Shown here in pieces: positions 34,857-43,479 of a stretch of DNA of 64,000 nt (positions are counted from its first letter, which is position 1; every line of letters begins with the position of its first letter). The notes beneath the pieces were generated by a model. That model did no database searches and was not told the DNA's origin. It worked only from the letters and a program-made list of their open reading frames with translations. The stretch is from Gammaproteobacteria bacterium (GTDB lineage Bacteria; Pseudomonadota; Gammaproteobacteria; Steroidobacterales; JBCCMA01), in contig JBGCEL010000037.1 of assembly GCA_045106455.1 (NCBI GenBank), positions 649 to 64,648 on the forward strand, given 5' to 3'. The position numbers and the translations under genes are program-made.

Positions 34857-37727
34857 ATGAAAAGGTATCGACGTAACGTCGTCGCTGGCTTGTGTGTGAC
34901 GGCAACCGCCGCCATGAGCTACAGCGCAACAGCCGATGAGAAAGAGCCGAAAGAGGGTATGTCCGCGAAAGAGCTGAGTGCAGCCTGCGCCATGCTCGAC
35001 GATTCCAAGAAGCGTCCGTACATGGATGGTCTGCTGAACTACCTGTTGGTACAGTGCGGACGCACTAATGAGCTTGGCGGCGCAGAAACGGTTCGCCACA
35101 GTTCTGAAAAATCGACCAACCGCATTCCGGGTACGGATGTGGCGGTCAATGACGCCTCGACTGATACGGGCACGGCCCGCACGCAGAACGAAACCTCGCT
35201 TGCGCTTGATCCTGTGACCGGCACGATCTGCTCGGGTTTCAATGATTCAACCTCTGGCGTGACGACGGGGCAGGGCTTCACCGGCTTCGCACGTTCTACG
35301 GACGGCGGCGCCTCATTCACCGACAACGGTGCATTTGATTCGGCCAGCTCCGGTGATCCGAGCATGATCTGGCGTCAAGCCGACGGCAATTTCTACCTGG
35401 CCACGCTGCGCAACGGCGGTCTGGGCATTTATCGCTCATCGGACGATTGCCAAACGATGGACTTCATCGCGCAAGCCTCAGATGGCGGCGATGACAAAGA
35501 GCTCCTCGCGGTTGACAACAACCCCGGCAGTGCCAACTTCGGCCGCATCTACATGGTGTGGACGGACTTTGGTCTGGACGCGTCCATTTACTCGACGTTC
35601 TCCGACGACGGCATCAACTGGTCACCGCAGGTTCGCATCAGCGCACCAGGCGGCGGCGTTCAGGGTGCATGGCCGATCGTTGCCCCTGACGGCACGTTCT
35701 ACGTTTCATGGGTACGCTTTAACGGCGCGACCATCGATATGGAAGTAACGCGTTCGGTTGACGGCGGTAACACCTTCACGCAGACCACCAATCCTTTGAC
35801 CGGTGGTGTAAACCCTGCTGATGCCGCGGCCACGGGCGCTTGCGGTCGTTCTGCATTGAACGGCAACGTGCGTTACCTGGCTTCGCCACAAATCGGCGTC
35901 ACGCCAAACGGCGACCTGCACATTGTGTATAGCTACGATCCTGATAGTGCGAACACCGGCGATACGGTTGACGTGTTCTACCGTCGCTCAATGGATCAGG
36001 GCAACACCTGGATGCCGGAAATTCGTGTGAACGATGATGCTACGCAGACCGATCAGTTCTTCCCAACGCTGAGCACGGGCCCTACGGGTCGTGTGGTTAT
36101 TGCCTGGTACGATCGTCGTCTTGACGAAACCGACAACCTGTTTGTTGATTACTACGCTGCCATGTCGGAAGACGGTGGTGCATCGTTTGGTGTTAACGAG
36201 CGCATTTCGGACGAGTCTTCGCCGATTACGCTGGATCCAAACCTCGCCACTTGCTACCACGGTGATTACGATCAGAGCTTCCAGACGGCTTCTTCCGCTT
36301 TCATCCAGTGGGCCGATGACCGCGGTGTGAATGGTTCGAACGATCCAAACACCTACCTTGACGAAAACGTCTTTGAGCCGGACTTCTTCCTCACCGGCGC
36401 CGATCCGATTGCTTCGGTTTGCGCACCGGATGATGCGGTTTACGGTATCGATGTTGGTCAGGCACTGGGCTTCTCTGATCCTGTGACCATGTCGTCAATG
36501 GGTGTTCCTGCTGGTGCCACCGGCAACTTCAGCGTGAACCCTGTAGCACCTGGTAGCAGCACGGTCTTCACCGTCAGCAACACCGCTGGTGCCGCTGCGG
36601 GCAACTACGTCATCGATGTGACCGGTACGGCGGGCGCCAAAGAGCGTTCGGCACAGCTGGTGCTGGCTCTGTCCACCGACACGCCAGACGCAGCCATGCT
36701 GGCCGCGCCTATCGACGGTGCCACGGAACAGTCCAACTCGCCGTCATTCACGTGGGCCGCTGCGGCTCAGGCTGCGAACTACACGATCGAGATTGCGACG
36801 GATGCTGGCTTTGCCAACATCATTGAAACCGGTACGACAACCGAAACCTCGTACAACGCAACCACGACGCTGCAGCCGCTGACCGAGCACTTCTGGCGTG
36901 TCTCTGCGGACAACCAGTGTGGTGCTGGCGATGTCTCGGCAACGTTCTCGTTCACGACGGCAAACGTAATCTGCATCGTGTCCAACACGGCGATTCCCGA
37001 CAACAGCGCGGCTGGTCTGGACAGTGCCGGTTCGCTGGCAGCCGGCGGCACGTTGACGGATCTCGACGTATCATTGCTGGTCACGCATACGTGGGTAGGC
37101 GACCTCGCCGCGACCCTGACGCATGAAGACACCGGCACGAGCGTGACGTTCTATGATCGTCCTGGCGTACCTGCTACGGGCTTTGGCTGCAGCGGCAACG
37201 ACATCGACGCGACGTTTGATGACGATGCAGCAGTGCCGGTTGAAGACGAATGTCAGGACTCACCAGCCATTGGCGGTACGTTCAGCCCGAGCAACCCGCT
37301 GTCCGTCTTCAACGGTGAAGACCTGGCTGGCACCTGGACGCTGAACATCAGCGATAACGCTGGTGCTGACCTGGGTACGCTCAACGAGTGGTGCCTGTTG
37401 CCTGCAACGAGCGGCGGTTCACCTGATTCAGATGGCGACGGCGTCACTGATGACGTGGACAACTGCACGATGGTGGCCAATGCTGATCAACGCGACACCA
37501 ACGGCGACGGCTTCGGCAACGCTTGCGATGCCGACCTGAACAACGATTGCATTGTGAACGTCGTTGATCTGGGTCTGCTGCGCTCGGTGTTCTTCACCGC
37601 GGACGACGACGCCGATCTGAACGGTGACGGCATTGTCAACGTGGTGGATCTTGGTCTGCTGCGTCTTGGATTCTTCAACCCACCGGGACCGGCGGTTGAG
37701 CCAAACGCGTGCACGCCTGCTCAGTAA
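34857..37727 (+). CDS. secreted BNR/Asp-box beta-propeller protein with P-domain and C-terminal TSP3 + dockerin-like module
   Basis: ATG at 34857 with GGGGAGGG upstream. Signal MKRYRRNVVAGLCVTATAAMSYSATA. Five Asp-box-like motifs (STDGGASF, SDDGINWS, SVDGGNTF, SMDQGNTW, SEDGGASF). Ig/FN3-like segments. Proprotein-convertase P-domain-like VTHTWVGDLAATLTH..GTWTLNISDNAGADLGTLNEWCL. C-terminus DSDGDGVTDDVDNCTMVANADQRDTNGDGFGNACDADLNNDCIVNVVDLGLLRSVFF..DLNGDGIVNVVDLGLLRLGFF. Confidence 0.85.
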   Translation: MKRYRRNVVAGLCVTATAAMSYSATADEKEPKEGMSAKELSAACAMLDDSKKRPYMDGLLNYLLVQCGRTNELGGAETVRHSSEKSTNRIPGTDVAVNDASTDTGTARTQNETSLALDPVTGTICSGFNDSTSGVTTGQGFTGFARSTDGGASFTDNGAFDSASSGDPSMIWRQADGNFYLATLRNGGLGIYRSSDDCQTMDFIAQASDGGDDKELLAVDNNPGSANFGRIYMVWTDFGLDASIYSTFSDDGINWSPQVRISAPGGGVQGAWPIVAPDGTFYVSWVRFNGATIDMEVTRSVDGGNTFTQTTNPLTGGVNPADAAATGACGRSALNGNVRYLASPQIGVTPNGDLHIVYSYDPDSANTGDTVDVFYRRSMDQGNTWMPEIRVNDDATQTDQFFPTLSTGPTGRVVIAWYDRRLDETDNLFVDYYAAMSEDGGASFGVNERISDESSPITLDPNLATCYHGDYDQSFQTASSAFIQWADDRGVNGSNDPNTYLDENVFEPDFFLTGADPIASVCAPDDAVYGIDVGQALGFSDPVTMSSMGVPAGATGNFSVNPVAPGSSTVFTVSNTAGAAAGNYVIDVTGTAGAKERSAQLVLALSTDTPDAAMLAAPIDGATEQSNSPSFTWAAAAQAANYTIEIATDAGFANIIETGTTTETSYNATTTLQPLTEHFWRVSADNQCGAGDVSATFSFTTANVICIVSNTAIPDNSAAGLDSAGSLAAGGTLTDLDVSLLVTHTWVGDLAATLTHEDTGTSVTFYDRPGVPATGFGCSGNDIDATFDDDAAVPVEDECQDSPAIGGTFSPSNPLSVFNGEDLAGTWTLNISDNAGADLGTLNEWCLLPATSGGSPDSDGDGVTDDVDNCTMVANADQRDTNGDGFGNACDADLNNDCIVNVVDLGLLRSVFFTADDDADLNGDGIVNVVDLGLLRLGFFNPPGPAVEPNACTPAQ

Positions 37728-37754
37728 GCTTCACGCTTAATCTGTGATAGAGGA

Positions 37755-37786
37755 GGGGCCGGACTTTTGTCCGGCCTCTTTTTTTT
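37755..37786 (+). terminator. rho-independent terminator
   Basis: Stem ggggccggac (37755-37764), loop tttt, gtccggcctc (37769-37778), including one G-U pair. Followed by T8 (37779-37786). Lies 28 nt after the stop at 37725-37727. Confidence 0.85.
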
Positions 37787-37975
37787 GTCTTTTACGGGCA
37801 GGGCGTTTGTCGACATAACGCCAAACATGCGTTTTGCTCAGCGCCTCGCTAATATGGGGAGCATCAGAACGCAGAACGCGAGCATTGCTCATGCGCTAAC
37901 ATACTCTTCGGCGACGCGGGGTTCGCGTCAATATCCCGAACCACGCCACGCCATTTTTCGATAACGACAATTAAA

Positions 37976-38572
37976 ATGAAACAAAAAACTTATTTTTATC
38001 CAAAAGCAATGGCCCTTTTAGCCAGCATGCTGCTTGGCGCTCAAGCACAAGCCGCTCTGCTGACCTTCAACCTTGGCTGGAGCGGGAGTGCACTTGGCAA
38101 CTCGGCCTCCGCAACAGCGGTTCTGGTGGTGGATGACGAAATACTGCCGAATCCCGGCTCCACCGGGCTCAACGGCGAATCGGTGTTATTCGGCGATCTT
38201 GGCATAGTCAGTTTTGACATCGTTGTGACCGGGGCGTCCAGCGGCAACGGATCGTTTTCCACCTCAGACTTCATCGTCGCCGCGTGGGATACAGGCGGTA
38301 TGGCACTGGACCTGACCACCGAGCTCGTGGGCCAGACGACCACCGGTGCGGGATGGGGTACGAGCGACAGTTCCAGCGGCGATTTCAATGTATTCACCAA
38401 CATCGGCAGTGCACCCAGCGGCACGTTTTTCTTTACGCTTACCACCGATAGCGGGCTGGGCGATGACATGTTGCTGACGAATTTTACGCCTGTGCCGGTC
38501 GGTGCGGCCTTGCCGCTTTTGATTAGCGCCATGGGCACCCTGGGCTTTATGCGCCGCCGACGTAACGGCTGA
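37976..38572 (+). CDS. small secreted protein with PEP-CTERM / VPLPA-CTERM-like C-terminal sorting signal
   Basis: 198 aa. Signal peptide MKQKTYFYPKAMALLASMLLGAQAQA. Gly/Ser/Thr-rich ~145-aa beta-type body. C-terminus TPVPVGAALPLLISAMGTLGFMRRRRNG, i.e. a Pro-containing motif, a hydrophobic helix and an Arg cluster, the architecture of exosortase-type sorting signals. Confidence 0.75.
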   Translation: MKQKTYFYPKAMALLASMLLGAQAQAALLTFNLGWSGSALGNSASATAVLVVDDEILPNPGSTGLNGESVLFGDLGIVSFDIVVTGASSGNGSFSTSDFIVAAWDTGGMALDLTTELVGQTTTGAGWGTSDSSSGDFNVFTNIGSAPSGTFFFTLTTDSGLGDDMLLTNFTPVPVGAALPLLISAMGTLGFMRRRRNG

Positions 38573-38585
38573 GCACAGCCTGTCC

Positions 38586-40370
38586 TTATGGAGTAGATTC
38601 GCGAGCGAGATCAATTACCGCGGCATCAACCCAGTAGATGTCTTCGTTGCTGGTGTAAAATAGAAATCGACCGTCGCGGGTCACGAACGGACAGAGCTCA
38701 AGTCCGGGCGTGTTGATGCCGCCACCCAAAGCCACAGGCTTGGTCCAGCCGTGGTCCTGCGTGGCAAACGTCACGTAGAGATCGCGCATGCCCTGATTGG
38801 GGCGACGGTTTGATGCAAACACAATGTAGCTGCCGTCGGGCGCAATAAACGGGTCCGCTTCGTAATGTCTGGTGTTCACAGGCTTTGGAAGGCGCGTGGG
38901 CGACTGGAATCCGTCGCGGTCCGGCGCGGCGAGGTAGACATCAAGGTCGCCGCGCCGGGTCGCGTTGACGTTGGATGCGAAGGCCAAAACACCGGTGTCC
39001 GTGAGCGACGTGTAGTACTCACTCGAGGCGGTGTTTACGGGCGCACCCAGTCGTATCGGCGCGGACCAACCTTCACGCGTTCGTTTCACGTGCCAAAGAT
39101 CATGCGAGTCCTCGACCATGTCGCCTTGCTCGGGGCGATTGGACACGAAGTACAAACGCGTTTCGTCACGTGACAAATACGGATCCCCAAAGGTAAACGT
39201 CGGGTGCGACAGAATTGTCCGTATTGGCTGCCACTGTCCATCTTGAAAACGCGTGGTGCGAATCTCGCCGCGTCCATCAGTCGCGACACCAAAAAAAAAC
39301 TCACGACCGTCCGCTGAGAAAACCGAGCCGTATTCGTATTGATCCGGCATCGAGACAACACCCGGCGCAAATTTCTCCGGCGTCATGCCCGGGGCGGTTT
39401 GATTCACGTACGCGCCTTCGGCGAATGCCACCAGGCCGCGTCGGACCGCCATGGCACGCAGCGCCGATTCGCTTTGCACCGGATCGAATAACGTCCGTTT
39501 TGGAAAACCGTTTTGTTCCGCCAAGGCAACCACACGGCCCTGACCGAGCAACATTGACGTTGGTGTCGTCGTCGCCATGGGATCGTTGTAGGCGTCTACC
39601 GCGGAAATGATCTCCCAGCCCTCGGTGCGCAGAGCCACCGCGAGGTCGTCGATAAACAGTGCGGCCAGATCGTTTTCGTGCAGGAGCAGAACATGAGCTG
39701 GCGAGCGACCCAGCGCGCGCACGGCGATGTCTTCGTTAAAATTCACGGCCGTCAGCAGCACCTCCAAATAGAGATCACGCCAACCATCAAGATCGATCGG
39801 TTGTTTGGCTCTGACCGATTCGTCCAGCAGACTCTGCAGATACCAATCGTAGTTATCGACCGTGACGTAGCCCTGTTTTAAGCCCGCCTTGTGCAAACTG
39901 GCTCGGATGGCATCGCGCTTCGCGGGCGTATTGCCCTCATGCAAATACGGAAACCGGAAATAGGGCGCATAGCCGGGTAATGCACGCAGTTGTTCATCCG
40001 CACGCAAGACGTCCTGCATAAACGTCGCAGCGTCGTCGCGATTAGCGGAGCGATGTGCATAAGAGTGATTGGCGATACGGTGCCCGGCGGCGGCATACCG
40101 ACGTAATCGGTCTAGCCCTTCGTCGCCACGCGCCTCGAGGTTTTTGGTGGTTGCGAAGAACATCGCGCCGCTCACGTCAGCCTGCGCCAATGAGTCCAAC
40201 AGCCGCGTGGCCCGTGACGCACCAGCCATCATTGGGCTATCTGAGCGTGGCGCATCGTCAAAGGTCAGAGCAATACGTTTGCTCGTGGCGATTTGTGGCT
40301 CAGCCATTGCAGGATGACCAAACATAGCGCACAAGACCAACGTGAGGGGCAGAGGCCGTAAATTCATCAT
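38586..40370 (-). CDS. NodB-type polysaccharide deacetylase fused to a TolB-like (PD40) beta-propeller
   Basis: 594 aa. Signal MMNLRPLPLTLVLCAMFGHPAMA. NodB motifs IALTFDDAP and HRIANHSYAH. The C-terminal half has repeated PD40-like strands (FSADGREFFF, RLYFVSNRP, VLAFASN, YIVFASNRR, FLFYTSN). Confidence 0.85.
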   Translation of the reverse strand: MMNLRPLPLTLVLCAMFGHPAMAEPQIATSKRIALTFDDAPRSDSPMMAGASRATRLLDSLAQADVSGAMFFATTKNLEARGDEGLDRLRRYAAAGHRIANHSYAHRSANRDDAATFMQDVLRADEQLRALPGYAPYFRFPYLHEGNTPAKRDAIRASLHKAGLKQGYVTVDNYDWYLQSLLDESVRAKQPIDLDGWRDLYLEVLLTAVNFNEDIAVRALGRSPAHVLLLHENDLAALFIDDLAVALRTEGWEIISAVDAYNDPMATTTPTSMLLGQGRVVALAEQNGFPKRTLFDPVQSESALRAMAVRRGLVAFAEGAYVNQTAPGMTPEKFAPGVVSMPDQYEYGSVFSADGREFFFGVATDGRGEIRTTRFQDGQWQPIRTILSHPTFTFGDPYLSRDETRLYFVSNRPEQGDMVEDSHDLWHVKRTREGWSAPIRLGAPVNTASSEYYTSLTDTGVLAFASNVNATRRGDLDVYLAAPDRDGFQSPTRLPKPVNTRHYEADPFIAPDGSYIVFASNRRPNQGMRDLYVTFATQDHGWTKPVALGGGINTPGLELCPFVTRDGRFLFYTSNEDIYWVDAAVIDLARESTP

Positions 40371-40566
40371 AGAGCTGTCTCACAACAGAGTAATGCCTGA
40401 CGTTTTACCATCGTTTCGCCTGTAAAACCCGGCCACACTGATGTGGTGCGGCGCCGCATGAAAAATTTGCCCAAATTTGTCTCGAACCTTTTCCTTCAAG
40501 CCCGTCTCGTACTGGTTGAATTCACATTTTTAACCCGCGCAGCACCTGCGCCATCAGGAGTCAGAC

Positions 40567-43023
40567 ATGTTACGGACCAAACTATCCCTATGCGCTTGCA
40601 TCAGCGCAGCGCTGCTACCTACTGCGGTTGCCCAAACCGGCGGCGATCCGCTACTGAGCACCGAACGATTCAGTACCGTCCCGGGTAGCGGCGGCGCTCA
40701 AATCGACAGTGCTGATGTCAATAGCGACGGCAATATGGACTTGGTTGTCACGGAGAACGCCGCCGGCGGCTTCTCCGTGCATCTTGGTGACGGTGAGGGC
40801 GGTTACACGCTGTTTGGGTCCCACCGCCGCCTCACGTTCTCCCAGAACGCCGCTATCGGCGATATCAATAACGACGGCGATGTTGACGTTGTGATTCGTG
40901 AAGCGCTCAACAGCAACGAACTCACCCTCTTTCTTGGTAACGGCGACGGTACCTTCGGGGCCGGCATCGCTGAGAATTTCGGACTGACCAATATTCTGGA
41001 AATTCAAATCGGCGATCTGGACGGCGATGGCAATCCTGAACTGGTCGCGATGACCTTTCTTGATGCCGATTTCTCATCCCAGCTGAACATTCTGCCCGGT
41101 CTGGCCGGTCCCGGTTTTTTCGGTCCCGCCGAAACGACCGCGCTGGGCGTCAACACCGATACCTTTGTCCGTTTCGTTGACCTCAACGATGATGCTGCCC
41201 CGGAATTGGTGATCACCGCTGGCTTCCCGGTCAACGGACATCTGGTCTTAATGAACGACGGCGCGGGCGTCCTGACGCAATCGGAGCAAGGCTTCCTGGA
41301 CGCTCAGACCAACTTGCTGTTGCCGGTAACCGTGGCAGACGCCAACGGCGATGGCAACACTGATTTGATTTTTGGCGGACGGATTGGCGGAGCCGGTACG
41401 GTCGGCGTTATGGAAGGCAACGGTGCCGGTGAATTCGGCACGGTCATCACGTCCACCGTTGGTCGCAACGCGGTTGAATCAGTGGTCGCGGACGATTTTT
41501 GACGGCGACGGTGATATCGATGTTGCTGGTGTGGCTTTTCTTGACGATGCACTGCTCTGGCTGGCAGGCAGGCAGGCAACGACGATTCGACCTTTACGCC
41601 AACCGCACGTGCCGGCACAGGTGACTCCCCCTTTGCTGTCGTCAAAACCGATGCAAACGGTGATGGTATCGACGATCTGGCTTCGGTGAACATCGTGTCG
41701 GCAGACTTTGCCGTTCATATTGGCACCGGTGATAGCCGTTTTTTTGAAACGCCGCGTCGCAATGCGATCGGTGCTGGCGTCGCTGCCGTGGCCATTGGCG
41801 ATTTGACCAACAGCGGTGTCGCGGAAATTGTTACCGCCAATGCCGCTTCCGGAAGCCTCACGGTTCTCTCACGCCTTGATCAAGAATCGTTTATCAGTCG
41901 TGAAGATTTGACCGATGGCATCGTTGACCCGCTCGACGTCCAAATTGTTGCCGTCAATGGCGACGAATTTGCCGACGTAATTGTGGCGGATCGTTTTCTT
42001 GACAGCATGCTGATTCTGGCTGGCAACGGTGCGGCGAGTTTCGATGCACCGGTGATGCTGCCCGCGTGCGACGCGCCAACCCGTTTGGACTTTGGCGATG
42101 TGAACGGGGACGGTAGTGACGACATCGTTGTTGCTTGTTTCGCATCGGACGACATCGCCGTATTGCTGAGCGATAACGCCGGTGGCTTCACCGCCGCCAC
42201 TACGTTTGCCGGCGTGGGCGAGCCACAGGACCTGCTGTTGCGCGACATTGACGGCGACACCAACCTCGATGTCGTCCTCGCGGATTCCACCGACAATAAC
42301 CCGGCGATCCGCATCGCCTTCGGCGCCGGTGACGGGACGTTCAGCGCGCCGGTTTTGGCAGCGCCTGGCGCGGTCATTGCTGCGCTGGATGTCGGTGATA
42401 TCAATAACGACGGTGCGCTCGACCTGGCCATTGCGGATCTGGGGCAGGGCGTGCGCATTGCTCTGGGTCTTGGTAACGGTAGTTTTGGTGCACCTTTCGC
42501 AGCTCCAGGCTCAAACATCCCTGTAGCCGTGGGACTGGTCGACTTTGACGGTGACGGCTTTGACGATGTCGTGTCTCTACAGGCCGGTGGCGGCGAGCGT
42601 TCACGTGCGACCTCTGTCGCGATCAGCAACGGCAACGGATCCTTTGGACGTGAACGCCGCTTTGCGACAGCCACCGGTTCCAATGCAGGCTTTGCTGAGC
42701 CGGGTATCCCGCGCACGCTGAATGTAGCCGACGTCGATAATGACGGCCGTCAGGACGTGGTTGTCGGAGCCGCTGCGGCAGAATTCGACGGTAGCCTCTC
42801 GGTAAACTTTAACCGCGCAGAGGGCATCGCTCAGGTGGATACCGACGGTGACGGCGTGGTCGATGCGATCGACAACTGCCCAAACCTTATGAACGCTGAC
42901 CAGCGCGACACCAACGGTGACGGATTTGGCAACCGCTGTGACCCCGATCTGAACAACGACAACATCGTTAACGTGATCGATTTGGGCATTCTGCGCAGCT
43001 TCTTCTTCAACGAACCTGGCTAA
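40567..43023 (+). pseudogene. FG-GAP/VCBS-repeat protein with C-terminal TSP3 + dockerin-like module, interrupted by two frameshifts
   Basis: ORF 40567-41502 carries AGGAG, ATG and signal MLRTKLSLCACISAALLPTAVA, and ends ..VVADDF-stop inside a T5 run (41496-41500). The repeat continues in frame +1 as DGDGDIDVAGVAFLDDALLWLAG. It returns to the original frame after (GGCA)4 at 41563-41578 as NDDSTFTPTARAGTGDSPFAVVKTDANGDGIDDLASVN.., joining ORF 41686-43023. FG-GAP loops occur throughout (DVNSDGNMDLVV, GDINNDGDVDVVI, GDLDGDGNPELVA, and others). Confidence 0.8.
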
Positions 43024-43040
43024 TACCAGTAGCGATAGCG

Positions 43041-43078
43041 AATGGCCCAATGTGCACCCCACACATTGGGCCATTTTT
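43041..43078 (+). terminator. rho-independent terminator (hairpin shared by convergent genes)
   Basis: Perfect 14-bp stem aatggcccaatgtg (43041-43054) with cacattgggccatt (43062-43075) and a 7-nt loop, running into T5 (43074-43078) on the plus strand. It sits between the stop of the FG-GAP gene (43021-43023) and the stop of the minus-strand gene (43078-43080). Confidence 0.85.
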
Positions 43079-43479
43079 CATTGCGGCGGAGGCGTATCGT
43101 CGCGCGGTGCATTTCGACAGGAGCGGAACAGCGCGACGCCGAGCCAGACATACAGCGCAGACGTTGCGATGTAGACAGGGGAACTTATTTGCTGTGCGTG
43201 AATAGAATTCACCGGAATGAAAAGGGAGACCCCTGCTAACAGCATGCGTAAAGTGCCGTACGTACATACGATGACGGCCCACAAACGCACACCGAAGCGC
43301 CACAGCCGCGGGCCACCCAGCCGAAAAGTACTGAGCAGCAGCGCGACGCATAAAATGAAGATCGCCGGCGCCGCGCTCTCGATGGTGGCGTACTGCACGC
43401 CGCGCCACACAAATGGCAACAAACTTACGGTTAGAAGCGCGTCAGGTTTCAAAAGGCGTCGAGTAATGCTCGCGTTCAT
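43078..43479 (-). CDS. small integral membrane protein, unknown function
   Basis: 133 aa with about four hydrophobic helices. ATGA overlap (43476-43479) with the upstream M28 peptidase gene suggests translational coupling. Confidence 0.55.
   Translation of the reverse strand: MNASITRRLLKPDALLTVSLLPFVWRGVQYATIESAAPAIFILCVALLLSTFRLGGPRLWRFGVRLWAVIVCTYGTLRMLLAGVSLFIPVNSIHAQQISSPVYIATSALYVWLGVALFRSCRNAPRDDTPPPQ

Noticed and set aside
41880-42716. 278-aa minus-strand ORF inside the FG-GAP gene (and similar antisense ORFs 57289-58034, 58312-58848, 61230-61980 inside the TSP3 gene)
   Set aside because: These are antisense shadows of Asp/Gly-rich repeat coding sequence. The Ser/Pro/Ala/Arg low-complexity products have no start context.
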